Assembly (NCBI GenBank): GCA_036406835.1
Contig: DASXAG010000120.1
Span: 13,520-77,519 of the forward strand
Direction of reading: 5' to 3'
Length of the DNA: 64,000 bases
DNA from: Thermoanaerobaculia bacterium
GTDB lineage: Bacteria > Acidobacteriota > Thermoanaerobaculia > UBA5066 > Gp7-AA6
Shown: positions 35,014-46,577 of the stretch, in pieces
Layout of the letters: each line of letters opens with the position of its first letter
How positions within the stretch are numbered: the first letter of the stretch is position 1
Notes under the pieces: generated by a model
Seen by the model: the letters and a program-made list of their open reading frames with translations, nothing else
Told to the model about the DNA's origin: nothing
Database searches by the model: none
Made by a program: the position numbers and the translations under genes

Positions 35014-37659
35014 ATGCATCGATCTCGTTGGGCGAACGCCGTTCGTCTCGCGGCGCTCCTTCTCCTGGCCGCGGCGGCGCCTCTGCTCGCCCAGAGCGTC
35101 GACGAGTTCCCGCTGCCGAGCGGCGGCATCCCGCAGGACCTCACCGCGGGCCCGGACGGCAACCTCTGGTTCACCGAGATCACGCAGAAGATCGGCCGGG
35201 TGACGCCCGCGGGCGTCGTGACGGAGTTTCCGGTCGCCGGGGGGCCGCTCGGCATCACGGCGGGTCCCGACGGCGCGCTCTGGTTCGCCGAGAACCAGAC
35301 GGCCAGGATCGGGCGGATCACGGTCGACGGAGCGACGTACACCGAGTTTCCCCTCACCGCCGGACACTTTCCGAGCTCGATCGTGACGGGTCCCGACGGC
35401 GCGCTCTGGTTCACGGAGTTCCAGACCAACAAGATCGGGCGCATCACCACCGCCGGCGTCGTCACCGACGAGTTTCCGATCCCGACCGCCAACGCCGGGC
35501 CGCAGAACGTCACCTCGGGGCCCGACGGGAATCTGTGGTTCACCGAGCGCGGCGCGAACAAGATCGGCCGGATCACGACCGCCGGCGTCGTCACCGAGTT
35601 TCCCATTCCGACGGCCAACTCCAACCCGGAGGGCATCGCCGCGGGCCCGGACGGGAATCTCTGGTTCAGCGAGAACACGGGCAACAACGTCGGCCGCATC
35701 ACCACCACGGGGACGATCACCGAGTTCCCGCTGCCCGAGTCCGGCCGCGTGTTCCACATCGCGGGCGGTCCGGACGGCAACGTCTGGTTCACCGAGTTCG
35801 ACAACAACCGCATCTCGAAGATCACGCCCGCGGGCACCGTGACGCGCGACCTGATCCCGACCTCGGGCTGCGGCGCCTACGGCATCGCCCTCGGCGCGGA
35901 CGGCAAGCTCTGGTTCACCGAGTTTCACAAGGCGCAGGTCGGGCGGCTCGATCCCGCGGGCGTTCCGCCTCCCCAGATCGACTTCGAGCTGCCGCTCCCC
36001 GACGGCTCCCTGCCCGAGGACGCGGCCACCGGATCGGACGGAAACGTGTGGTTCGTCGACGTCGACGAGATCGGCCGGATCACGCCGGCCGGAGTCGTCA
36101 CGGGGTTCACGATCCCGAGTGCGGGCGCCTTCCCGCAGGGGATCGCGCCGGGACCGGACGGCGCGCTCTGGTTCAGCGAGAACGGCGCGAACAAGATCGG
36201 CCGCATCTCGACGGCGGGCGCGTTCACCGAGTTCCCCGTTCCCACCGCGACGAGCGCCCCGCAGGGGATCGGCGCCGGACCCGACGGCGCGCTCTGGTTC
36301 ACCGAGTTCAACGCCAACAAGATCGGCCGCAGCACCCTCTCCGGCGGCATGACGGAGCACCCGGTTCCCACGGCCGGCAGCGGACCGATGCGGATCGCCG
36401 CGGGATCCGACGGCAACGTCTGGTTCACGGAGCGGGGCAAGAACAAGATCGGCCGGCTGACCCCGGGCGGCGCCTTCGACGAGTTCCCGATCCCGACGGC
36501 GAACGTCTATCCCGAGGGGATCACCGCCGGCGCCGACGGCAACCTCTGGTTCGCGGAGAACTCGGGGAATGCGATCGGCCGGATCACGACCGCGGGCGTC
36601 ATCACCGAGTTTCCGCTTCCGGAGGCGACGCGCGTCTTCCACATCGCCGGAGGCCCGGACGGGAACCTCTGGTTCACGGAGTTCGACAACAACAAGATCG
36701 GCCGGATCACGACCGCGGGAGCGATCACGCAGTACCTGATCCCGACCGCGGACTCCCGACCCTACGGAATCACGCCGCTCGGGAACCAGCTCTGGTTCTC
36801 CGAGTTCAACAAGGCCAGGTTCGGCGTCGTCGGCGTGGGTGCGCCGACGCTGGCGGTCTCCTCCGTGACCCCGACCTCGGGGCCCTCCGCGGGCGCGACG
36901 CCGGCGAGCCTCGAGGGCGCGGGGTTCGATCCGGACGTGACGGTCCTCTTCGGGCTCACCGCGGCCGCCGGCGTCTCGGGCGGCGGCGGCGAGGCCACGT
37001 GCGCGTCGCCGCCCCTTCCGCCCGGGGCGCTCTACGACGTGGTCGCGACGAACCCCGACGACGGAAGCTTCGGCGTCCTGACGCGGGGCTGGATGGCGGA
37101 CTTCCTGGACGTGCCGCAGGCGCACGGCTTTCACGCCTACGTCGAGAAGCTGTTCCGCAACGGGATCACGGCCGGGTGCGGCAACGGCGACTTCTGCCCC
37201 GACGGCTCGGTGACGCGGGCGCAGATGGCCGTCTTCCTGCTGAAGGCGGAGCATGGCGCCGACTACGTCCCGCCGCCATGCGGCGGCATCTTCCCCGACG
37301 TGCCGTGCCCCGCGACGCCGGCGTTCCCGTACTCCGACTGGATCGAGCGGCTCTTCGCCGAGGGGATCACGGTGGGCTGCGGCGCCGGATATTGCCCCGA
37401 CGACCCCGTGACCCGCGCGCAGATGGCGGTCTTCCTGCTCAAGACCGAGCACGGCTCGGGCTACACGCCGCCCGACTGCACCGGGGTCTTCGCGGACGTT
37501 CACTGCCCGGACGATTTCGCCGTCGGCTTCATCGAACGGCTCTACGCCGAGCAGATCACGGGCGGCTGTTTGACGGACCCGCTCCGCTACTGTCCCGACG
37601 CGCCCAACGCGCGCGGCGAGATGGCGGTGTTCCTGGTCAAGACTTTTTCTCTGCCATAG
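35014..37659 (+). CDS. secreted 14-blade Vgb-like (virginiamycin B lyase-type) double beta-propeller, IPT/TIG domain and triple SLH-like C-terminal module
   Basis: Signal peptide. 14 repeats of ..GPDG(N/A)LWFTE...NKIGRIT..G..TEFP.P. IPT-like SVTPTSGPSAGAT...L.G.GF. Three FxDVP...I..L....IT.GC....FCP....TRAQMAVFLLK units. Confidence 0.85.
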   Translation: MHRSRWANAVRLAALLLLAAAAPLLAQSVDEFPLPSGGIPQDLTAGPDGNLWFTEITQKIGRVTPAGVVTEFPVAGGPLGITAGPDGALWFAENQTARIGRITVDGATYTEFPLTAGHFPSSIVTGPDGALWFTEFQTNKIGRITTAGVVTDEFPIPTANAGPQNVTSGPDGNLWFTERGANKIGRITTAGVVTEFPIPTANSNPEGIAAGPDGNLWFSENTGNNVGRITTTGTITEFPLPESGRVFHIAGGPDGNVWFTEFDNNRISKITPAGTVTRDLIPTSGCGAYGIALGADGKLWFTEFHKAQVGRLDPAGVPPPQIDFELPLPDGSLPEDAATGSDGNVWFVDVDEIGRITPAGVVTGFTIPSAGAFPQGIAPGPDGALWFSENGANKIGRISTAGAFTEFPVPTATSAPQGIGAGPDGALWFTEFNANKIGRSTLSGGMTEHPVPTAGSGPMRIAAGSDGNVWFTERGKNKIGRLTPGGAFDEFPIPTANVYPEGITAGADGNLWFAENSGNAIGRITTAGVITEFPLPEATRVFHIAGGPDGNLWFTEFDNNKIGRITTAGAITQYLIPTADSRPYGITPLGNQLWFSEFNKARFGVVGVGAPTLAVSSVTPTSGPSAGATPASLEGAGFDPDVTVLFGLTAAAGVSGGGGEATCASPPLPPGALYDVVATNPDDGSFGVLTRGWMADFLDVPQAHGFHAYVEKLFRNGITAGCGNGDFCPDGSVTRAQMAVFLLKAEHGADYVPPPCGGIFPDVPCPATPAFPYSDWIERLFAEGITVGCGAGYCPDDPVTRAQMAVFLLKTEHGSGYTPPDCTGVFADVHCPDDFAVGFIERLYAEQITGGCLTDPLRYCPDAPNARGEMAVFLVKTFSLP
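35119..36830 (+). repeat. coding tandem repeat, about 126-nt period, 14 propeller blades
   Basis: LWF(T/S/A)E occurs 14 times at roughly 42-aa spacing in the translated protein. Confidence 0.8.
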
Positions 37660-40423
37660 CGCCCAGCTTCGCGCTCGCCGCGCGAACGTCCGCCAGGCGC
37701 GGATGCGGAGGCGATCGCCTCTCGAGCGTCGCGAGCGAGGCGTCGAGCAGCGTGCGCGCCTCCGCCCGATCCTCGGGCCGCCCGAGCGCGATGAGGTCCG
37801 CCGCGACCTGAAACTCCGCCATGGCGACGAAGACATGCCCCTCGCCGTAGACCTTGCGCTGGTGCGCGAGCGTCTTCCGGTGCAGCGGGAGCGCGTCCGC
37901 CGCGCGGCCTTCCTTCCGGAGCGTCTCGCCGAGCCGGGCCTCGGCGTCGGCGACCTCGTAGCTGTCGGCGCCGTTGATCTCGACGAGCTTCGCGGCGACC
38001 TCGCGCTGGATCTTCTCGGCCTCGACGAGCCGCCCCTGGAGCGCGATCTGTTCGGCGCGATTGCCTCGCGCCTGCCACGAGAACGTGTGCTTCGGCCCGA
38101 GAACCTCGTCGAAGAGGACGATGACCTCCCCCAGCGTGGCCTCGGACTCGGCGTAGCGCCCGCGCCGGGAGTCCACGAGCGCGAGGCCGTTGAGACACTT
38201 GCCGACCTCGAAGTGCCTGGGCTCGATCGCCCGGAAGAGCGCGAGGGCCTGGCGGTAGTTCGCCTCGGACTCGTCGAGGCGGCCCTGGTTCAGGTAGAAG
38301 AGCGCGAGCAGCTGCAGCGTCTGGCCGACGACGCGATGGTCCGGGCCGAGCGCCCTGCGGCGCACGTCGAGCGACCGCCGGAACCACTTCTCGGCCTCCT
38401 CGCTCTTGCCCCGCCGATCGAGCAGGACGGCCAGGTTCAGATAGCTCTGGCCCAGGTTCGGGTGCTCGGGGCCGAGACGCTTCTCGAGCACGGCCTGCGA
38501 GGCGCGGCTGTCCGCTTCCGCCTCGTCGAGCCGGTCGAGCTCCTCGCGGAGGATCCCCCGGTTGCGCAGGTGGATCGCCGTCTGGACGGCGTCGTCGCCG
38601 AGCTCGGCGCGGTACGCCTGGTAGACGCTGTCCTCGAGCCTCTCCGCGTCCGCGACGTCCCCCTTCCAGAAGAGGACCTGCGCATAGTCGCTGCGCACGC
38701 GCGCCGCGGCCAGGCTCTTCGGTCCGTCCTTCGTCTCGACGGCCTTCAGCGCCTCGGACAGCTGCTTCTCGGCCTCGCCGAGCTTGCCCCGGTCCATCGT
38801 GATGGCGCCGAGCGTCGCGAGGCTCCGGCCGATCGCGCCGTCGCCCGAGGGCAGGATCCGCTGCCGCACGGCGAGCGAGCGCCGCGCGAGGTCCTCGGCC
38901 TGGTCGAGGCGGCCGATGCCGCGGTCGATGCGCGCCACGGCCTCGAGGAGGTCGGCCTGGATCTCGGGCTCCGAGGAGAGCTCGGTGTCGAGGCGCTTGC
39001 CCGCCTGGTCCAGCAGCGCGCTCGCCGGCAGGGCGCCGCCCGTCTGCTCCGGGTCGGCGACCTCGAACAGGCCGATCAGGAACTCCTTGACCGCGTCGGC
39101 CCGGCGCGCGGCGGCCGCGGCGACGCGGGCGTTGGACTCGGCGCGGACGCGCTGGCGCTCCGTGGCGACGAGGCCTCCCACGAGGGAGACCGCGACGAGC
39201 GCCGCGGCCGTGACGCCCAGGCGGTGCCGCCGGACGAACTTGCCGGCGCGGTAGGAGAGCGTGTCGGGACGCGCCTTGACGGGGCGGCCCTCGCGATGCC
39301 GCCGGAAGTCGCCGGCGAGCGCGGCCACCGACTCGTACCGGCGCTCGGGCTCGCGCCGCATCGCCGTGAGGAGGACGTTGTCGAGATCGCCTCGAAGCTG
39401 GCGCTCGAACCGCCGCCGGTCCGCCTCGGACGGCTGCGCCACCGGGATCCGCTCGAGCGGCTCGCCCGCCACGCGCTGGCTCGGCCGCTCGATCGTGTCC
39501 GACGCGGCGGCGGCCTCGAGCGCCGCGGGAGAGCGGCTCTCCCGCTTCTGCGGCAGCGTTCCCGTCAGCAGCTCGTACGCGAGCGCGCCGAGGGCCCACA
39601 CGTCGGTCGCGGCCGTGACGGGGTGCCCCAGGATCTGCTCGGGCGCCGCGTACGCCGGAGTCAGGAGTCGCAGACCCGTGTGCGTCTCGACGTCCTTTTC
39701 GGCAGCCTCTCCGGTATCGTCCGGGCCCAGCACCTTCGCGATCCCGAAGTCGAGGAGCTTGACGTCTCCCGCGGCGGTCACGAGGACGTTCGAGGGCTTC
39801 AGGTCGCGGTGCACGACGAGGCTCCGGTGCGCGGCGGACACGGCGTCGCACGCGTCCAGCAGCAGCCGCAGCCGCTCGGAGATCGTCGCGCTGCGCGACC
39901 GGCAATAGGCGTTGATCGGCTCGCCCTCGACGAGCTCCATCACGAAATAGGGGCGGCCGTCCTCGGTGGCGCCGCCGTCGAGCAGGCGCGCGATGTGCGG
40001 GTGCTCGAGCCGGGCGAGGATGCGCCGCTCGCGGGCGAACCGCGCGAGGACGTCGTCCGTCGCCATGCCGCGGCGCAGCAGCTTGATCGCGACGCGCTGC
40101 TCGAAGAGGCCGTCCGCCCGCTCGGCGAGCAGGACCTCCCCCATCCCGCCTCGCCCGAGGCGGCGCAGGATGCGGTACGGACCGATCCGTTCGGGGGCGG
40201 TCTCGTCCCGGTCGTCGAAGAGGCCGCCGGCGATCCCGAGCGCCCCCGCCGGCGTCTCGAGGAAGCCGCCGGCCGCCGAGTCCGCGTCGAGGAGGTGCCG
40301 CACGCGCGCCGCGAGCTCCGCGTCGGAGACGCCCGTCAGCCTCGACTCGCGCTCTCCGGCGGAGAGGTCCACCAGCTCCTCGAAGAGGCCGCGGACCTCC
40401 GACCAGCGCGGATCGCCGGTCAC
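37637..40423 (-). CDS. Ser/Thr protein kinase with one TM helix and a long C-terminal TPR domain
   Basis: GRGGMGEV, VAIK, HRDLKPSNVL, DFGIAK, APE. TM LGVTAAALVAVSLVGGLVA. Multiple TPR-like repeats. GTG start overlaps the sigma gene stop (GTGA). The track ORF start at 40561 is an Arg-rich extension. Confidence 0.9.
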   Translation of the reverse strand: MTGDPRWSEVRGLFEELVDLSAGERESRLTGVSDAELAARVRHLLDADSAAGGFLETPAGALGIAGGLFDDRDETAPERIGPYRILRRLGRGGMGEVLLAERADGLFEQRVAIKLLRRGMATDDVLARFARERRILARLEHPHIARLLDGGATEDGRPYFVMELVEGEPINAYCRSRSATISERLRLLLDACDAVSAAHRSLVVHRDLKPSNVLVTAAGDVKLLDFGIAKVLGPDDTGEAAEKDVETHTGLRLLTPAYAAPEQILGHPVTAATDVWALGALAYELLTGTLPQKRESRSPAALEAAAASDTIERPSQRVAGEPLERIPVAQPSEADRRRFERQLRGDLDNVLLTAMRREPERRYESVAALAGDFRRHREGRPVKARPDTLSYRAGKFVRRHRLGVTAAALVAVSLVGGLVATERQRVRAESNARVAAAAARRADAVKEFLIGLFEVADPEQTGGALPASALLDQAGKRLDTELSSEPEIQADLLEAVARIDRGIGRLDQAEDLARRSLAVRQRILPSGDGAIGRSLATLGAITMDRGKLGEAEKQLSEALKAVETKDGPKSLAAARVRSDYAQVLFWKGDVADAERLEDSVYQAYRAELGDDAVQTAIHLRNRGILREELDRLDEAEADSRASQAVLEKRLGPEHPNLGQSYLNLAVLLDRRGKSEEAEKWFRRSLDVRRRALGPDHRVVGQTLQLLALFYLNQGRLDESEANYRQALALFRAIEPRHFEVGKCLNGLALVDSRRGRYAESEATLGEVIVLFDEVLGPKHTFSWQARGNRAEQIALQGRLVEAEKIQREVAAKLVEINGADSYEVADAEARLGETLRKEGRAADALPLHRKTLAHQRKVYGEGHVFVAMAEFQVAADLIALGRPEDRAEARTLLDASLATLERRSPPHPRLADVRAASAKLGAMAEKKS

Positions 40424-41016
40424 GACGGCGCCGCGTCCTCGGCCGACAGCTCCTCGAAGAGGAACGCGCGCGCGGCCTGCCAGTGCCGCTTCAGGGTCCG
40501 CTCGGACCGGCCCGACATTTCCGCGATCTCCTCCAGCGACAGGCCGGCGAAGAACCTCCACTCGACGAGCTGCGCGAGCTCGCCGTCGACCTCGCCGAGC
40601 CGGGTCAACGCCGCGTCGAGCGCGACGATCTCGGCCGCGCGCTCCTCGACAGGGATCTCGACGTTTTCGAGATCCAGGGGCCGCCGGCCCGAGCCCCGCC
40701 GCTGGCGCGTCCGCGATCGCGCCTGGTCGACGAGGATCATCCGCATCGCCCGGCCCGCGAGCGAGAAGAAGTGCGACCGGTCCTTCGCCGTCCAGCCGGC
40801 GCCGCGGGAGAGCTTCAGGTACGCCTCGTGGACGAGCGCCGTGGTCGAGAGGGTCTGCTCGGCCGGCGCCCCGCGGAGCTGGCGGCGGGCGATTGCGCGG
40901 AGGTCCTCGTAAAGGATTGAGAACACGCGGTCGAGCGCCGCCCGGTCCCCCGCCTCGGCGGACCGCAGGAGTCCCGTCACCTCCTCGGGGGATGGCTCCG
41001 GCGATGTCGGGGGCAT
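40420..41016 (-). CDS. ECF sigma factor, TIGR02999/Sigma70_ECF type (kinase-associated class)
   Basis: VTGLLRSAEAGDRAALDRVFSILYEDLRAIARRQL, ALVHEAYLKL, VEWRFFAGLSLEEIAEMSGRSERTLKRHW. Confidence 0.9.
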   Translation of the reverse strand: MPPTSPEPSPEEVTGLLRSAEAGDRAALDRVFSILYEDLRAIARRQLRGAPAEQTLSTTALVHEAYLKLSRGAGWTAKDRSHFFSLAGRAMRMILVDQARSRTRQRRGSGRRPLDLENVEIPVEERAAEIVALDAALTRLGEVDGELAQLVEWRFFAGLSLEEIAEMSGRSERTLKRHWQAARAFLFEELSAEDAAPS

Positions 41017-41028
41017 GGCGTTGTGCCC

Positions 41029-41034
41029 ATTCTA
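41029..41034 (-). promoter_or_regulatory. candidate -10 box TAGAAT, 12 nt upstream of the ECF sigma ATG
   Basis: Plus attcta at 41029-41034, ATG at 41016. Confidence 0.35.
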
Positions 41035-41110
41035 GTCAAGAGCCTGCCTCGAGCGGGCTGGCCCCCTTTTGCCCCGTTCGACGAGCAGACGGGTAACAGG
41101 AGGAGTTCCC

Positions 41111-43579
41111 ATGCGCCAGGCCCGAATGCTCGCCATCGCTTCCGTCCTCGCCCTGGCGGCCGCCATCGGGGCCGCCGACACCTACACGGTCACCTCGACC
41201 GGCGACACCGGTCCCGGGACGCTGCGTCAGGCGATCATGGACGCCAACGCCCACCCGGGCGCCGACGAGATTCACTTCGCCATCACGGGACCCGGGGTCC
41301 ACACGATCGCGCCGGCCTCGGCCCTGCCGGGAATCACCGATGCGGTCACGATCGACGGCTACACGCAGTCGGGCTCTTTCGCCAACACGAACCCGACCAG
41401 CCAGGGCCTGAACACGGTTCTCAAGATCGAGATCGACGGGACGAACGCAGGATCGACCGCACTGCTGAAGGTAAAGGCGGACGACGTCACCATCCGCGGG
41501 CTCGCGGTCAATCGTTGCTCGGGCTCCCTGATCGAGGTCGAGGACCTCGGCACCACCCACCAGAACAACGTCGTCGAAGGGTGCTTCCTCGGGACCACCG
41601 CGGACGGCACCCAGGCGCTCAATCCCTTTCTCGTGGGGATCCTCGTCGAGGGCGAGGAGAATACCCGCATCGGCGGCACGACGCCGGCCGACCGCAATCT
41701 CATCTCGGGGCTCAACGGCGGCGACCAGATCTCCCTGCAAAACTCCACGGGTACCCTCATCGAAGGCAACCTCATCGGGACCGACGCGAGCGGCCTGCGA
41801 AAGCTCACGACTACCCTCGGATCGGTCGCCATCGGAACCGGGACGAACAACGTGATCGGGGGCACGTCGGCGGCCGCGCACAACGTGATCACGGATCAGA
41901 TCATCCTCGGAGGCACCGGCCTGAACCAGGCCACCGGAAACTTCGTCCAGGGCAACTTCATCGGCACGGACGTCACGGGATCGACCGTGCTCCACTGCAA
42001 GGCCGAGTGCATCCGCATCGGCGACTCGAACAACACGATCGGCGGCTCGGCGCCGGGCGCCGGGAACACGATCGGAGGCTCCAACTCGATCGCCGGAATT
42101 CAGGTCCAGGGCTCCGGAACGGTCATCCAGGGCAACTTCATCGGGACGGACGCGACCGGGACGTATCGCTTCCCGAACAAGGATGAAGGCATTCGCGTCG
42201 TGTACTTGCTCTCGGGAACCGTCCAGAACATCCTGATCGGCGGCACGGGTCCCGGGGAGGGCAACGTCATCGCGTACAACGGTGGCAACGGAGGGATCGT
42301 CGTCGAGGGGCACTCCGGCAGCACTCCTCCAACCGGCATCACCATTCGAGGCAACTCGATCTTCGACAATTCCGGCGCCGTCGCGACGAGCGGACTCGGC
42401 ATCGACCTGATCACCGACAGCTCCCCCGGCGTGACGTTCAACGACGCGGGAGACGCCGACGCGGGACCGAACGGATTCCAGAACTATCCGATCATCGACT
42501 CGGTCACCTACGGCGCGTCGACGACGACCGTGACCGGAACGTTCAACAGCGCGGCCTCGTCGTCGTTCGACCTCGACTTCTACGCGAGCTCCATCTGCTC
42601 CCCGCGCCCCCAGGACCTGCCCGAGGGGAAGACGTACCTCGGGACCTTCCCGGTCACGACGAACGCGTCGGGCGATGCGACCTTCAACGCCGTGCTGCCC
42701 ATGGCCGTCGCGAACGGCTCCCCGATTACCGCGACCGCGACCGACTCGACTGGCAACACGTCCGAGTTCTCGCCGCGCTTCGTGATCTCGCTCTCGCCCG
42801 CGTCGGGTCCGGGGGTCATTCCCGGCGCCGCGACGATCAAGGGCCTCGCCTTCGAGGACGGCGCGACGGTCACGGTCGGCGGCGTGCCGGCCCCGGCCGT
42901 GACGTTCGTGGACGAGAACACGCTGTCCATCTCGACTCCCATCCTGCAACCCGGCACGATCAACGACGTCTTCGTCCAGAACCCGGGAGGCGGGCTCTCG
43001 GGCACGCTCCCCAAGGGAAGGATCGCGGACTTCCTCGACGTCCCCGCCGCGAACAACTTCTACACCTACGTGACGAAGCTCGTCGCGAACGCGATCACCG
43101 CGGGAGTCGGCGGCGGCAACTACGGCGTCGTCTCGCCCACTCTGCGCGAGCAGATGGCCGTCTTCCTCCTCAAGTCGAAGTACGGCCTCTGCTACACCCC
43201 GCCCCCGTGCACCCACAAGTTCACGGACGTCGAGTGTCCGTCGCTCTTCGCCGACTGGATCGAGGAGCTCTCGAACGAGGAGATCACCGCGGGCTGCGAC
43301 ACCGGCAAGTTCTGCCCGGAGGACCCCGTGACCCGCGCGCAGATGGCCGTGTTCCTTCTCAAGACCAAGTACGGATCGGACTACGTCCCGCCCGAGTGCG
43401 GCGGCGTCTTCGCGGACGTCGTGTGCCCCGGCGACTTCGCCGTCAACTGGATCGAGCAGCTCTACACGGAGCAGGTCACCGGCGGGTGCCTGAACAACCC
43501 GCTGCGTTACTGCCCGGACAACCCGAACTCGCGCGGCGAGATGGCGGTGTTCCTGGTGAAGACGTTCAGCCTGCCGTAG
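41111..43579 (+). CDS. secreted right-handed parallel beta-helix repeat protein, IPT/TIG domain and triple SLH-like C-terminal module
   Basis: SD aggagg. Signal peptide MRQARMLAIASVLALAAAIGA. TVTSTGDTGPGTLRQAI. Repeated N.I.GN.IGTD..G units. The C-terminal 182 aa are paralogous to 37102-37659. Confidence 0.8.
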   Translation: MRQARMLAIASVLALAAAIGAADTYTVTSTGDTGPGTLRQAIMDANAHPGADEIHFAITGPGVHTIAPASALPGITDAVTIDGYTQSGSFANTNPTSQGLNTVLKIEIDGTNAGSTALLKVKADDVTIRGLAVNRCSGSLIEVEDLGTTHQNNVVEGCFLGTTADGTQALNPFLVGILVEGEENTRIGGTTPADRNLISGLNGGDQISLQNSTGTLIEGNLIGTDASGLRKLTTTLGSVAIGTGTNNVIGGTSAAAHNVITDQIILGGTGLNQATGNFVQGNFIGTDVTGSTVLHCKAECIRIGDSNNTIGGSAPGAGNTIGGSNSIAGIQVQGSGTVIQGNFIGTDATGTYRFPNKDEGIRVVYLLSGTVQNILIGGTGPGEGNVIAYNGGNGGIVVEGHSGSTPPTGITIRGNSIFDNSGAVATSGLGIDLITDSSPGVTFNDAGDADAGPNGFQNYPIIDSVTYGASTTTVTGTFNSAASSSFDLDFYASSICSPRPQDLPEGKTYLGTFPVTTNASGDATFNAVLPMAVANGSPITATATDSTGNTSEFSPRFVISLSPASGPGVIPGAATIKGLAFEDGATVTVGGVPAPAVTFVDENTLSISTPILQPGTINDVFVQNPGGGLSGTLPKGRIADFLDVPAANNFYTYVTKLVANAITAGVGGGNYGVVSPTLREQMAVFLLKSKYGLCYTPPPCTHKFTDVECPSLFADWIEELSNEEITAGCDTGKFCPEDPVTRAQMAVFLLKTKYGSDYVPPECGGVFADVVCPGDFAVNWIEQLYTEQVTGGCLNNPLRYCPDNPNSRGEMAVFLVKTFSLP

Positions 43580-43601
43580 GACCCGGACCCGAGACGAGGG
43601 G

Positions 43602-45887
<2,286 letters not shown>

Positions 45888-45891
<4 letters not shown>

Positions 45892-46577
45892 CGGCAACGA
45901 CCACCCGCGTCTACCTGGTGCGCCACGGCGCGACCGTGCTCACCGCGGAGGACCGCTTCGCGGGCGAGACCGACGTGGCCCTCTCCGACGTCGGCCGCGA
46001 CCAGCTCCGCAAGCTCGCCCGCCGGCTGAGCGGGGAGCCCATCGCCGCGTTCTACGCGAGCCCGCTCGGGCGCACCATGGAGACCGGACGCATCCTCGCC
46101 GAGCCGCACGACAAGCCGGTCACCGCCGTCGAAGGACTGCGGGAGATCTCGCACGGCCGCTGGGAGGGCAAGCGGCGCGCCGAGGTCGAGAAGGAGTACC
46201 CCGAGGAATACGCCCGCTGGGAGAGCGATCCCTACTCGTTCGCGCCGACGGGGGGCGAGACCGGCCTCGCGGTCACCGCGCGGGCCCTGCCGGCCATGAT
46301 CGCGATCGTCTCCGCGCATGCCGGCGCACAGATCGTGGTCGCGTCCCACAAGGCGACGATCCGCCTGCTGATCGGCTCGCTCCTCGGCTTCGACCTCCGG
46401 CGCTACCGCGACCACCTGGACCAGAGTCCCGCGTCGCTCAACATTCTCGACTTCAAGGACGTCGCACACGCGCGGCTCTCGCTCTTCAACGACACCTCGC
46501 ACTACGCCGCGTCGTCGTCGGTGACGCCGGCGATTCCCTCCGGGCGGCTGTCGCGCTGGTGGGATCAGAAAGGTTAG
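45888..46577 (+). CDS. histidine phosphatase family protein (phosphoglycerate mutase-like)
   Basis: VYLVRHGAT (RHG motif), EISHGRWEG, VASHKATIR. ATGA overlap with yciH. Confidence 0.85.

Noticed and set aside
35119-36830. About 126-nt periodic repeats as a non-coding satellite or mobile element.
   Set aside because: The periodicity is fully explained by 14 propeller blades in a single open frame with a signal peptide.
34507-40912. 1109-aa (minus, 34507-37836) and 1069-aa (plus, 37703-40912) ORFs.
   Set aside because: They are antisense to the Vgb-like propeller gene and to the Ser/Thr kinase and ECF sigma genes respectively. Both translations are Arg/Asp/Gly-rich low-information sequence, and the opposite strands carry unmistakable kinase, sigma and propeller motifs.
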